NCBI GenBank assembly: GCA_964608675.1
Contig: CAZSOZ010000001.1
Span: 221,272-285,271, forward strand
Origin: an uncultured archaeon
GTDB taxonomy: Archaea > Iainarchaeota > Iainarchaeia > Iainarchaeales > 1-14-0-10-31-34
DNA length: 64,000 nt
Direction of reading: 5' to 3'
The position numbers were made by a program, and so were the translations under genes. Positions 8,030 through 17,889 of this stretch are shown here, piece by piece. Under the pieces are notes generated by a model that was not told the DNA's origin, searched no databases, and was given only the letters and a program-made list of their open reading frames with translations. Numbering within the stretch: position 1 is the stretch's first letter; every line of letters starts with the position of its first letter.

Positions 8030-9826
8030 TCATTTTTTTTCCATCATTTTTTTTGCTTTTTTTGTTATGCTTTCTGCGTCCATTCCAAATCTTTTTTTGA
8101 TTTCTGCAGGAGCATCATAATCAATGTAGTCATCTGGAGCGCCAATTCTGTGCAGTTCAACATCTATTCCTTTTTCTTCAAGCATTTCTAATACTGCAGA
8201 ACCAAATCCGCCAGGCAATACATTTTCTTCTATTGTGATTGCTTTTCCTGTTTTTTTCAGACTCTCAATTAACATTTTTTCATCTAATGGTTTTGCAAAT
8301 CTTGCATTAATTACTTCTGCTGTAATTCCTTCTTTTTTTAGCAATGCTGCTGCTTCTTTTGTTTCTTTTAACATGAATCCAATACTTATTAATGAAATGT
8401 CTTTTCCTTCCTGAATTAATTCTGCTTTTCCTATTTCTAATGGTTTTGATTCTTTCATTTCAACTCCTATTGGAGTTCCTTTTGGGTACCTTACACTTAT
8501 TGGTCCTTTGTCGTATTTGTATGCTGTTAAAACCATGTCTCCTAATTCGTTTTCGTCTTTTGGAGCCATTACAACCATGTTTGGAATAATTCTTAAATAA
8601 CTTAAATCAAGTATTCCTCCTTGTGTTGGTCCGTCTCCTGTTATTGCAGATTTTGGAACCAAAAATTTTACTGGAAGATTCTGCAATGCTACATCATGAG
8701 CTATTTGGTCAAATCCTCTCTGTAAAAAAGGACTGTAAATTATTACAAAAGGTTTTACGCCTTCTGCTGCCAGTCCGGCTGCAAAAGTTACTGCGTGTTC
8801 TTCTGCTATTCCTACATCATAAAATCTTTCAGGGAATTTTTCTCCGAATTTAATTAGTCCTGTTCCTGCAGGCATTGCGGCTGTTATTGCAACTACTTTG
8901 TCGTCTTTTTCTGCTAATTTAATTACATCTTCTACTGCTGTTTTTTCAACTGAAACAGGTTTTTTTTTGGCAGGTTCTCCTGTTTCAATGTCGAATGCAG
9001 GGTGTTCGTGCCATCTTGCTTTGTCGTTTTCCATGTAAGGCATTCCTTTTCCTTTTATGGTTACTACGTGAAGCATTCTTGGCCCTGATAAATCTCTTAT
9101 TCTTTCTAATTCGCTTACTAGTTTTTCTACGTTGTGGCCGTCTATTGGTCCAAAATAATGTATTCCCATTTTTTCAAATATTGTTCCTACATCTCTTCTT
9201 GCTTTTTCTTCGTCTGCAAACATTGAAAGTTTTTTTAAGTGCTTGTACATTGCTCCTACATTTGGTGAAATGCTCATTTTGTTGTCATTTAAAATTATTA
9301 TCATGTCTGTTTGGTTGTATCCAATGTTGTTTAATGCTTCATAACACATTCCTCCTCCTAAAGCGCCGTCGCCTGTTATTGCAAGTACTTCGTATTCTTT
9401 TTTGTTTCTTTTTCTTGCTTCAGCTATTCCCATGGCTCCGCTTAAAGCAGTTGAAGCATGTCCTGCACTCCATATATCATAAGGTGTTTCTCCTCTGACA
9501 GTAAATCTTGGGATTCCTTTTGGAATGCAGATTGTGTGAAAGTATTTTCTTCTTCCTGTTAAAATTTTGTGGGTATAACTTTGATGGCTTGTATCAAACA
9601 AAATTTTGTCTTCAGGGCAATTGAATACGTAATGCAAGGCAACAGTTAATTCCACTACTCCTAAGTTTGCTCCAATATGTCCTCCGTTTATTGAACAAGT
9701 GTGAAGCAAAACTTCTCTTATTTCTTTTGATAATTCATTTAACTGTTCTACTTTTAATTTTTTTAAGTCTTCAGGACTGTCAATTTTTTCAAGTAATTTT
9801 GTTTTTGGAATATTGTTTTCTGCCAA
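8030..9826 (-). CDS. dxs: 1-deoxy-D-xylulose-5-phosphate synthase.
   Basis: GGHIGANLGVVELTVALHYVF...DTSHQSYTHKILTGRR; thiamine diphosphate motif GDGALGGGMCYEALNNIG; 598 aa. Confidence 0.9.
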   Translation of the reverse strand: MAENNIPKTKLLEKIDSPEDLKKLKVEQLNELSKEIREVLLHTCSINGGHIGANLGVVELTVALHYVFNCPEDKILFDTSHQSYTHKILTGRRKYFHTICIPKGIPRFTVRGETPYDIWSAGHASTALSGAMGIAEARKRNKKEYEVLAITGDGALGGGMCYEALNNIGYNQTDMIIILNDNKMSISPNVGAMYKHLKKLSMFADEEKARRDVGTIFEKMGIHYFGPIDGHNVEKLVSELERIRDLSGPRMLHVVTIKGKGMPYMENDKARWHEHPAFDIETGEPAKKKPVSVEKTAVEDVIKLAEKDDKVVAITAAMPAGTGLIKFGEKFPERFYDVGIAEEHAVTFAAGLAAEGVKPFVIIYSPFLQRGFDQIAHDVALQNLPVKFLVPKSAITGDGPTQGGILDLSYLRIIPNMVVMAPKDENELGDMVLTAYKYDKGPISVRYPKGTPIGVEMKESKPLEIGKAELIQEGKDISLISIGFMLKETKEAAALLKKEGITAEVINARFAKPLDEKMLIESLKKTGKAITIEENVLPGGFGSAVLEMLEEKGIDVELHRIGAPDDYIDYDAPAEIKKRFGMDAESITKKAKKMMEKK

Positions 9827-9926
9827 TAAAACACCTCTTTTTTTTTGCTTTTAATCTAACAATAATCTAGCTCAAAGTATTTAAAGCTTACGTTAATTTA
9901 AAAACCATATTTCGTCAAAAAGCGAA

Positions 9927-10448
9927 TTATTTCTTTTTCTTTTCTGTTATTTTTTTTATGTCTTTATGGATTGCGGTTACTACTGAAAAAACTTGTATTC
10001 CTTCTCCTCTTCCAAAAGGAGTAAGTTTTTCTCCTGTGGTTGCAATTATTCCTACTTGGTCTGGTTCTATTTTTAGTATTTCTGCTACTTTTTCTTTTAT
10101 TTCATCTGAAATTGGGTCGATTTTTGGTTTTTTGCATTCGATTGTTATTCCAACAGTAGTAATAACATAATTCATTTCTTTTAGTTTTTTTAATGGTTCT
10201 TTTAAGTATTCTTTTGAATCAGTTATTCCTTCTTCTTTGCATAATTTGTCTGCATGATTTCCTAGGCTTTTCCAGCCGATTATTTGTGCAATTGAATTAA
10301 ATAAAGAATGAAGTATTACGTCTGCATCTGAATTTCCTTTAAGGCCTCTTTCTCCTTTGATTTCTACTCCGCCTAAATACAGTTTTCTTTTTTCATGTAC
10401 ATGAGAAAACCTATGCGAATCTTGTCCTAATCCTACTTTGAAAGGCAT
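9927..10448 (-). CDS. ispF: 2-C-methyl-D-erythritol 2,4-cyclodiphosphate synthase.
   Basis: VGLGQDSHRF...GGVEI...GLKGNSDADVILHSL. Confidence 0.8.
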   Translation of the reverse strand: MPFKVGLGQDSHRFSHVHEKRKLYLGGVEIKGERGLKGNSDADVILHSLFNSIAQIIGWKSLGNHADKLCKEEGITDSKEYLKEPLKKLKEMNYVITTVGITIECKKPKIDPISDEIKEKVAEILKIEPDQVGIIATTGEKLTPFGRGEGIQVFSVVTAIHKDIKKITEKKKK

Positions 10449-10491
10449 AATATCCCGCTAAATTATGTATAAAACATTTTTTATACGCTTC

Positions 10492-11190
10492 TTAATTCTG
10501 TTCCTCTTTTTCTATTATTTTTTCTGCTAATTCCAGGTCTTCTTTTGTTGTAATTTTTATGTTGTCGTATGAACATTCAACAATTTTTATTTTTCCGTGA
10601 ATTCTTTCAACTAATTGCACGTCGTCTGTTCCGTAAAATCCATCTTTGTGTGCTTTTTCAAATGCTTTTACTGCAATATGAAAAATTATTGCCTGAGGGG
10701 TTTGCATTTGCCATAATTCTTTTCTTTTTAGGGTTTCTTTTACAAGCAAATCTTCATTAACTCTTTTGATTGTGTCTTTAACTCTTTGTGCTGCAACGCT
10801 TGCCCCAAATTTTTTTGCTTCTTGTATGCATTCTTTTATTGTTTTTTCTTTTACAAAAGGGTTAGCTGCATTATGAATTAATACAACATCTTCTTCTTTT
10901 GCTATTTCTTTTAGTTTTTTTATTCCGTTCCAGACAGAATCCTGCCTTTTTTCCCCGCCTTCCACAACAGCAATAATTTTTTTGAATTTTTCTCTTTCAG
11001 TTATTTTTTTTATTTCAGCAAAATCTTCTTTTGCAGCAGAAATAATTATTCCTTTAATTTTTTCTGTTTTATCAAATACTTTAATTGTTCTTGCAATTAT
11101 TTCCCTGCCTTTTATTTTGATGAAGACCTTGTTTTTTTCGTGCCCCATCCTGATTCCTTTTCCGCCTGCGCATACAACAACATAATTCAT
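10492..11190 (-). CDS. ispD: 2-C-methyl-D-erythritol 4-phosphate cytidylyltransferase.
   Basis: VVVCAGGKGIRMG N-terminal nucleotidyltransferase motif, at the size of IspD. Confidence 0.8.
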   Translation of the reverse strand: MNYVVVCAGGKGIRMGHEKNKVFIKIKGREIIARTIKVFDKTEKIKGIIISAAKEDFAEIKKITEREKFKKIIAVVEGGEKRQDSVWNGIKKLKEIAKEEDVVLIHNAANPFVKEKTIKECIQEAKKFGASVAAQRVKDTIKRVNEDLLVKETLKRKELWQMQTPQAIIFHIAVKAFEKAHKDGFYGTDDVQLVERIHGKIKIVECSYDNIKITTKEDLELAEKIIEKEEQN

Positions 11191-11251
11191 TTTTTTTTCC
11201 CTCTTTTATTATTGCCTCTTCAAAGTATTAAATTTTTTGTTTTTTTTTGGT

Positions 11252-11689
11252 TTATAGTTTTTTGTGGCTTGAAAACTTTTTTGGCGTTTTTTCAAATGAA
11301 ATTATTTTGTGTGAAAAAATCCTTGCTTTTTCCAGAATTTTTCCTGTTTTAGTTTTTCCAATTTTTGCGCTTGTTTTGAATTTTTTTGACATTCTGTTGA
11401 ATTTTAAATTTAATTTTTGGTTTCCTTTAATATAAATTATTACTTTACTTCTGATTGACATTAAAATTGCTTTTGTTACCGGTTTTTTGTTTTTCTTTTT
11501 GATTTTTTTTGCAGCTAGTTTGGCTATTGCAGTAATTATATTTGTTTTGGTTATTTCTTCTGCACTGAGGTTTTTGAATTCTTTTGGGGGGCTGGCATTA
11601 ACTAAATTGAGCATTCCTTTTCTTTTGAAACCGAATTTGTTGAAATATTCATGCACGCTTTCTTTTATGATTTGTTCTGTTTTGTCCAT
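11252..11689 (-). CDS. Hypothetical Lys-rich protein embedded in the MEP operon.
   Basis: ORF only. Confidence 0.3.
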   Translation of the reverse strand: MDKTEQIIKESVHEYFNKFGFKRKGMLNLVNASPPKEFKNLSAEEITKTNIITAIAKLAAKKIKKKNKKPVTKAILMSIRSKVIIYIKGNQKLNLKFNRMSKKFKTSAKIGKTKTGKILEKARIFSHKIISFEKTPKKFSSHKKL

Positions 11690-11706
11690 TTTTTTTCCTG
11701 ATTTTT

Positions 11707-12867
11707 TTATTCTTCTTCAATTATTTTTCTTGTTTTTTCTCTTGCTTTTTTGTCTGCTTCCAATACGGTTTCAATTGAATCAGCTTTTTTGTTTTTGTGT
11801 TCGTCGATTACTTTTTTGATGATTTCAGGGATTTTTCCGTAAACAATTTTTTTGTCTAAAAAAGCATATACAGCAATCTCATTTGCTGCATTCATTGCTG
11901 AAGGAAGTGTTCCTCCTTTTTTTCCTGCTTCAAAAGCGTATTTTAAGCAGGGAAAATTTTCATAATCAGGGGCTTCAAAAGTAAGTTGTTTTGCTTTAAT
12001 TAAATCAAGTTTTGGAAAGTTATTTGGAATTCTTTTTGGGTAGCTTAAAGCATATTGGATTGGCATGCGCATATCGTGTGTTCCAATTTGCGCCATAATG
12101 CTTCCGTCTACAAACTCTATCATTGAATGAATTAAACTTTGAGGATGTACTATTACTTCTATTTCTTCAAAATTTAAATCATATAACCATTTTGCTTCTA
12201 TTACTTCTAAGCCTTTATTCATTAATGTTGAGGAATCAATTGTTATTTTTGCTCCCATGCTCCAGGTTGGATGTCCTAAAGCTTGTTCTGGAGTAGAATT
12301 ATAGAATTCTTTTCTTTTTTTTCCTTTGAACGGCCCGCCAGAACAGGTAATAAGCACTCTGTTTACTTTGTTTCTTTCTTCTCCGTTTAAACATTGAAAT
12401 AAAGCTGAATGCTCTGAATCAATAGGCATCAAAGTAATGCCTTTTTCTTTTACTGCTTTCATTATTGGCTGGCCTCCGGCAACCAAAGTTTCTTTGTTTG
12501 CTAAAGCAATGTTTTTTCCTTTTTTGATTGCTTTCATTGTAGGTTGCATTCCAATTGAGCCTACAACTGCTATGATTGTTTGTTCAACTTCCTGCATTAC
12601 TGCAATTTCTTTCAGTCCTTTCATTCCTGAAACAATTTCGACTTCTTTTCCAATTTTTTTTTCTAATTCTTCTGCTGAGTTTTCTTCAAATAAACAGGCT
12701 TTTTCTGGCTTAAATTCTTTTATTTGTTCAATCATTTTTTCTACTTCGTTGAATGCAGCCAACCCAATTATTTTGAATTCTTTTTGATGGTTTTTAACTA
12801 CATCCAAAGTCTGGGTGCCAATGCTTCCTGTTGAACCCAAAATACTTATTTTCTTCATTTTAATCAT
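11707..12867 (-). CDS. dxr: 1-deoxy-D-xylulose-5-phosphate reductoisomerase.
   Basis: ISILGSTGSIGTQTLDV NADPH-binding motif, LANKE, CSGGPF; 386 aa. Confidence 0.85.
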   Translation of the reverse strand: MIKMKKISILGSTGSIGTQTLDVVKNHQKEFKIIGLAAFNEVEKMIEQIKEFKPEKACLFEENSAEELEKKIGKEVEIVSGMKGLKEIAVMQEVEQTIIAVVGSIGMQPTMKAIKKGKNIALANKETLVAGGQPIMKAVKEKGITLMPIDSEHSALFQCLNGEERNKVNRVLITCSGGPFKGKKRKEFYNSTPEQALGHPTWSMGAKITIDSSTLMNKGLEVIEAKWLYDLNFEEIEVIVHPQSLIHSMIEFVDGSIMAQIGTHDMRMPIQYALSYPKRIPNNFPKLDLIKAKQLTFEAPDYENFPCLKYAFEAGKKGGTLPSAMNAANEIAVYAFLDKKIVYGKIPEIIKKVIDEHKNKKADSIETVLEADKKAREKTRKIIEEE

Positions 12868-12982
12868 TAATATTTGGCTTCTTTAATTATTTAAAGGATT
12901 CTTTTTTTTTGTTTCTTCAATTTATTTAAAAATCGTTGCCTACTTTTATTTTTTCATATTTTTTATGAATTTGAGGGATGAA

Positions 12983-15622
12983 ATGAAACACATTTATTTT
13001 TTTGATGAAGGTTCAAAAGAACAAAAAAATTTGTTGGGAGGAAAAGGAAGCAATTTATGTGAAATGACTAATTTAGGTCTCCCAATTCCTAAGGGTTTTG
13101 TGATTTCAACTGAAGCATGCATTAATTTTTTTGATTCAAATGATTTTTCTGAAGGTCTTGAAACTGAATTAAATACTGCTTTGAAAAAACTTGAAGAGAG
13201 AACAGGAAAAAAATTTGATTCAAATGAAAATCCTTTGCTTGTTTCTGTTCGTAGCGGAGCAAGGGTTTCAATGCCTGGAATGATGGATACAGTTTTAAAT
13301 CTCGGCTTGAATGAAAAAACAATTCATGCAATGACGGAAAAAACTCAAAATAAACGGTTTGTTTTGGATTCTTATAGGCGGTTTATTCAAATGTTTTCTG
13401 ATGTTGTTTTGGGTTTAAATCATGATGATTTTGAAGAAGTCCTTGAAAAAGAAAAGTCTTCTGTTGGAATAAAGTTTGATTTTGAATTAAATGAACAATC
13501 TCTTGAAAAAATAATTAATGAATTCAAGGAAATAGTTGAAAAAAAGACTTTTAAGCCTTTTCCTGAAAACCCTGAAGAACAATTAATTTTGGCAGTTAAA
13601 GCGGTTTTTAGTTCTTGGAATAACAAAAGAGCTAAAACTTACAGGAAATTAAACAGTATTCCTGATGACTGGGGGACTGCAGTAATAATTCAGGAAATGG
13701 TTTTCGGCAATTTAGGAAATGATTCTGGGACAGGAGTTTGTTTTACTCGAAATCCTTCTGACGGCACAAAAGGGCTTTATGGAGAATTTCTTTTGAATGC
13801 ACAGGGGGAAGATGTTGTTGCAGGAATCAGGACACCAAAAAAAATTTCTGAATTAAAAGAAGTAATGCCTAAAATTTTCGATGAACTTTCTTCTTTTGCA
13901 GTAAAATTAGAAAAGCATTACAAGGACATGCAGGACATGGAATTCACCATAGAAAAAAACAGGCTGTTTGTTTTGCAGACAAGAAACGGCAAAAGAACTG
14001 CTCCTGCTGCAATCAGGATTGCAGTTGAAATGGTTGAAGAACAATTAATTTCAAAACAGGCGGCTTTAATGAAAATTGATTCTTTGCATTTAAATCAGCT
14101 TCTCCATAAAAGAATTGATTCTAATCAGGAATTAAATGAAATTGCTTTTGGCTTGAATGCTTCTCCTGGAGCTGCAACAGGAAAAATTGTTTTTGATTCA
14201 GACAAAGCTGTTGAATTAGGAGAAAAAGAAAACGTGATTTTGGTTAGAAAGGAAACTTCTCCTGATGACATTCATGGAATGCATGCATCAAAAGGAATTC
14301 TTACTTCTCGCGGGGGAATGACAAGCCATGCCGCGGTTGTTGCACGAGGAATGGGAAAACCGTGTGTTGCTGGATGTGAAGAAATAAAAATTGATTATTC
14401 TGCTAAAGAAATGAAGGCAAAAAATTCTGTTTTAAGGGAAGGAGATTTTATTTCAATTGACGGAACAACAGGAAAAGTGTTTTCAGGTGAACTAAAATTA
14501 GTTGAACCCAAACCAGATGAATTTTTTTCGCGGATTCTTTCATGGAGCGATGAAATAAAAGAATTAGCAGTTAGAACTAATGCAGATACTCCAAAAGACG
14601 CAAGAAAAGCAAGGGAATTAGGTGCAAAAGGAATTGGTTTATGCAGAACTGAACACATGTTTTTTGAGCCTGAAAGGCTTCCTATTGTTCAGAAAATGAT
14701 TTTGTCTTCTTCTGTTGATGAAAGAAAAAAATACTTGAATGAACTTGAAAAAATGCAGAGAGAAGACTTTGAAGGAATTCTTGAAGCAATGAATTCTTTT
14801 CCTGTTACAATTCGTTTAATTGATCCTCCTTTGCATGAATTTTTGCCTTCAAGAGAACATTTAATTAAGAAAATCGCTGAATTGAAGCATTCAGCTAATT
14901 TAGAAGACGGAAATAAATTAATTGCTGAATTACAGGAAAAAGAATCTTTGTTGAAGGAAGTCGAGGATTTAAGTGAATCAAATCCAATGCTTGGTTTTCG
15001 GGGATGCAGGCTGGGAATAATTTATCCTGAAATAATTGAAATGCAGACTAAAGCTGTTGCTGAAGCAGTAAAAAACTTAAAGAAAAAAGGTTTGAATCCT
15101 AAACCTGAAATAATGGTTCCTTTGGTTGGAATAGCAAAAGAGCTTGAGATTTCAAGAAAAACAATTGAAAAAATTTTAAAGGAAATTTTGCCTGATGAAA
15201 GCATTCCAATCGGCACAATGATTGAACTGCCTAGAGCAGCTTTAACTGCAGATGAAATTTCAAATCACGCTGATTTTTTTTCTTTCGGCACAAATGATTT
15301 AACTCAGACAACTTTTGGTTTTTCTCGTGATGATGTTGAAGGAAAATTTTTGAATAAGTATGTTGAACAAAAAATTCTTGAAATTTCTCCTTTTGTTTCT
15401 CTTGACGTAAAAGGAGTGGGAAAATTAATGGAAATAGCAGTTGGGCATGCAAGAAAAGCAAAACCTGAAATAAAATTAGGAATTTGCGGTGAGCACGGAG
15501 GGGACCCTGATTCAATTGAATTCTGCCACAAACTTAAATTAGATTATGTTTCTTGTTCTCCTTTCAGAGTGCCAATTGCAAGATTGTCTGCTGCACAGGC
15601 AAGCATTAGAAAGAAACAATAA
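12983..15622 (+). CDS. ppdK: Pyruvate, phosphate dikinase.
   Basis: GGMTSHAAVVARGMGKPCV phospho-His motif and a PEP-utilising C-terminal domain. The likely start is MKHIYFFDEG at 12983, preceded by gagggatga; the ORF track gives 12965. Confidence 0.9.
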   Translation: MKHIYFFDEGSKEQKNLLGGKGSNLCEMTNLGLPIPKGFVISTEACINFFDSNDFSEGLETELNTALKKLEERTGKKFDSNENPLLVSVRSGARVSMPGMMDTVLNLGLNEKTIHAMTEKTQNKRFVLDSYRRFIQMFSDVVLGLNHDDFEEVLEKEKSSVGIKFDFELNEQSLEKIINEFKEIVEKKTFKPFPENPEEQLILAVKAVFSSWNNKRAKTYRKLNSIPDDWGTAVIIQEMVFGNLGNDSGTGVCFTRNPSDGTKGLYGEFLLNAQGEDVVAGIRTPKKISELKEVMPKIFDELSSFAVKLEKHYKDMQDMEFTIEKNRLFVLQTRNGKRTAPAAIRIAVEMVEEQLISKQAALMKIDSLHLNQLLHKRIDSNQELNEIAFGLNASPGAATGKIVFDSDKAVELGEKENVILVRKETSPDDIHGMHASKGILTSRGGMTSHAAVVARGMGKPCVAGCEEIKIDYSAKEMKAKNSVLREGDFISIDGTTGKVFSGELKLVEPKPDEFFSRILSWSDEIKELAVRTNADTPKDARKARELGAKGIGLCRTEHMFFEPERLPIVQKMILSSSVDERKKYLNELEKMQREDFEGILEAMNSFPVTIRLIDPPLHEFLPSREHLIKKIAELKHSANLEDGNKLIAELQEKESLLKEVEDLSESNPMLGFRGCRLGIIYPEIIEMQTKAVAEAVKNLKKKGLNPKPEIMVPLVGIAKELEISRKTIEKILKEILPDESIPIGTMIELPRAALTADEISNHADFFSFGTNDLTQTTFGFSRDDVEGKFLNKYVEQKILEISPFVSLDVKGVGKLMEIAVGHARKAKPEIKLGICGEHGGDPDSIEFCHKLKLDYVSCSPFRVPIARLSAAQASIRKKQ

Positions 15623-15877
15623 TTATTTTTTTCTTTTTTTCATTATAGGGGGTCCTTCGTATTTGCAGTTTCTGCAGTAATAATCTTTTATTTCCCTGAA
15701 ATAAATTTTTGCAGGCATCTGGGTTAAAGTCATATCAGTTGAACCACATTTAGGGCAGGTTGGAATAAGGTTTTCTTCTTTTGATGCTTCCAGAATTTTT
15801 TTGTCAAAATCTTTTATTTTTTCTTCAAATTCTTCTTTATTTTCTTTATTCATTAATGTGCAATCTTTTTTTTTCAT
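15623..15877 (-). CDS. Small zinc-ribbon protein.
   Basis: CPKCGS...CRNCKY form a CxxC...CxxC pair. Confidence 0.4.
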   Translation of the reverse strand: MKKKDCTLMNKENKEEFEEKIKDFDKKILEASKEENLIPTCPKCGSTDMTLTQMPAKIYFREIKDYYCRNCKYEGPPIMKKRKK

Positions 15878-15987
15878 TTACAGCATCTTAAAATTGAAGG
15901 AACTTGTTTTTCTTTTTTTGTTTCTTTAATTATTTTTTTGTTTAATTCTTTTATTTTTTCTTCAAATTTTTCGTTCATTTTTTCACT

Positions 15988-16263
15988 TTATTGATTGCAT
16001 ACAAAGCAAGTATCTGTAATTAATTCAGTCCAGTCAATTCTTCTTTTAAGTTCTCTTATTTCTTTTTTGAATTCTTTTCTTACTAAATATTTTGTGGGAA
16101 AACTTTTTTCTTTTTCAATTTTTTGTTTTTTCAGCAGTTCTTTTATTATTTCTCTTGTTTCGTTGAAGCCAAAAAAAGTTTTTTCCTGCAGTTCTTCAAT
16201 TGTTTTTGGCTTATCTAATAAAATAACTAATGCTTCTTTTTCTTTCAGTGAAAGTCCAGACAT
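15988..16263 (-). CDS. Small hypothetical protein, possibly winged-helix.
   Basis: ORF only. Confidence 0.3.
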   Translation of the reverse strand: MSGLSLKEKEALVILLDKPKTIEELQEKTFFGFNETREIIKELLKKQKIEKEKSFPTKYLVRKEFKKEIRELKRRIDWTELITDTCFVCNQ

Positions 16264-16268
16264 ATTAA

Positions 16269-16685
16269 TCAGTAATTTGAGTTTGCTCTTCTTTTAATGT
16301 AATCCACTCTTATTTCTAATGCTTTGCTCATTTCGTTTTTGTCTTTTAATTCGTTCATTTTTTTTCCCAGAGTTTTGTCTCCAATTATGTTTGAAACCCA
16401 TTCTCCGAAATCATTTTTTTCTTGGTTAACGTGGCTTTTGAATGTTTCTTCATCCATTTCTTTTAAGTGTTCAGATAATTCACATAAATTTTTTACTGAA
16501 ATACTGTTATTTAAATAAAAATAATGATCAGGGTGTTTTACATTGCTTAACAGTACTGCAGCGCATTCGCTTCCGTTTGTTCTTTGCAGTTCGTATTTTG
16601 ATACTTCAGAAGAAAAAACATTAAACTCTTTTTTTAGTTTTGCAAAAACATTTTTCCAGAATCTAAATTCCATTAAATCACCCAA
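16269..16685 (-). CDS. Hypothetical protein.
   Basis: ORF only. Confidence 0.3.
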   Translation of the reverse strand: MGDLMEFRFWKNVFAKLKKEFNVFSSEVSKYELQRTNGSECAAVLLSNVKHPDHYFYLNNSISVKNLCELSEHLKEMDEETFKSHVNQEKNDFGEWVSNIIGDKTLGKKMNELKDKNEMSKALEIRVDYIKRRANSNY

Positions 16686-16727
16686 TAAATCATAATACTT
16701 ACTCTCTTATTGTATTTAAATTTTTGG

Positions 16728-17690
16728 TTATTTTTTTTCGTGTTTTTCTGCAAATTTTTCTGCTTTTTTTAATGAAAGAAGCCCGTTGTGCGCGCCTATT
16801 GTTTTTATTACTGAGCAGGCGTTAGCGGTTCCTATTTTTAGTGCTTCAGGAATTTTCTTTTTTGCAGTTAATGCAGAAATGAATCCTGTTGAAAAAGAAT
16901 CTCCTGCTCCTGTAACGTCTTTTCTTTCAACATCATAAGCTTTTTGTTTAAAGAATTTTTTTCCGTTAAATGCAGTGCTTCCTTTTCTTCCATCAGTCAT
17001 TACAACTAAATTAACTTTCATTTGATTTAATTCTCTTATTGCATCTCTTTCGTTTTTCTTTTTTGTCCATTCAGTAATTTCATCTTTGTTTAAAATAATT
17101 AAATAACAGTTTTTTATCATGTTTTTTAGTTTGTGTAACCCTAATTTTCTTTGAGATGCTCCTGGATTAAATGCAAGCTTTATATTGTTTTTTTTGCAGA
17201 ACGCGCTTATTTTTTCCAGAAATTTTATGCTGGTTCCGAATGAACTCAAATAAATCCAGTTCATTTTTTTTAGTTTTCTCCAGGGAACCTTTTTTTCATC
17301 CCAGTTATTGTTGGCGCCTCTGTAAGTCATTATTGTTCTGTCTCCTTTTGGTTTTCTGAAAATAACTGAAAAGCCTGTTTCTTTTTCTGAGGCAACTGCA
17401 AGAATTTTTATTTTTTCTATTTTAAGCAGGTTTTCTATTTTTTTTGCAGTTGAATCGTTTCCAAGTGAAATTACTGCGTGTGCATCAAAGCCCATTTTTT
17501 TGAATCCAACAGAAGTATTTAATGCACCTCCCCCGAAATCAAAGTGAATTTCGTCTATATCAAATTTTTTGCCCAGTTTTAAGCATAAATCTGTTCCTTT
17601 TTCTGTTTTGCTTTTTCTGAAATGAAATTCGCTTGTTTTAACAAAAATATCCTGTGTGGCTGAACCAATGCATGCAATTTTTTTATTCAT
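16728..17690 (-). CDS. PfkB-family carbohydrate kinase (ribokinase-like).
   Basis: GGGALNTSVGF and DVTGAGDSFSTGFISAL, the PfkB signature regions. Confidence 0.7.
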   Translation of the reverse strand: MNKKIACIGSATQDIFVKTSEFHFRKSKTEKGTDLCLKLGKKFDIDEIHFDFGGGALNTSVGFKKMGFDAHAVISLGNDSTAKKIENLLKIEKIKILAVASEKETGFSVIFRKPKGDRTIMTYRGANNNWDEKKVPWRKLKKMNWIYLSSFGTSIKFLEKISAFCKKNNIKLAFNPGASQRKLGLHKLKNMIKNCYLIILNKDEITEWTKKKNERDAIRELNQMKVNLVVMTDGRKGSTAFNGKKFFKQKAYDVERKDVTGAGDSFSTGFISALTAKKKIPEALKIGTANACSVIKTIGAHNGLLSLKKAEKFAEKHEKK

Positions 17691-17889
17691 CTTTTAGAAT
17701 AACACAGAAATCTTATTTATTCTTTGTGCAAAAAAAAAAACAGTTATTTATGTATAATTTTTTGTTTTTTTATTAGTTTTCTTTAATGCAAACCTTTTTA
17801 TTTGAGTTAAGGAGTATATTATTTGCAGTGTTTTTACAGCTTTTTTTCACGCAGCTGCTGCATAATTATGAAGAAATCATGCAATTAAG

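Noticed and set aside
8392-9498. ORF-track entries 8392-8589, 8623-8853 and 8995-9498 on the plus strand, Leu/Phe-rich.
   Set aside because: They lie entirely antisense within the well-supported dxs gene and have low-complexity hydrophobic translations typical of the opposite strand of AT-rich coding DNA.
12965-12982. Upstream ATG of the PPDK ORF at 12965.
   Set aside because: The conserved PPDK N-terminus begins at MKHIYFF (12983), with a GAGGGA ribosome-binding site just upstream. The upstream ATG extension (MNLRDE) is unlikely to be the start.
16728-17690. Considered whether the PfkB kinase could be the missing MEP-pathway kinase IspE.
   Set aside because: IspE is a GHMP-family kinase. 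This protein has ribokinase/PfkB signatures (GG...N and DTxGAGD) and sits with the sugar-metabolism genes.
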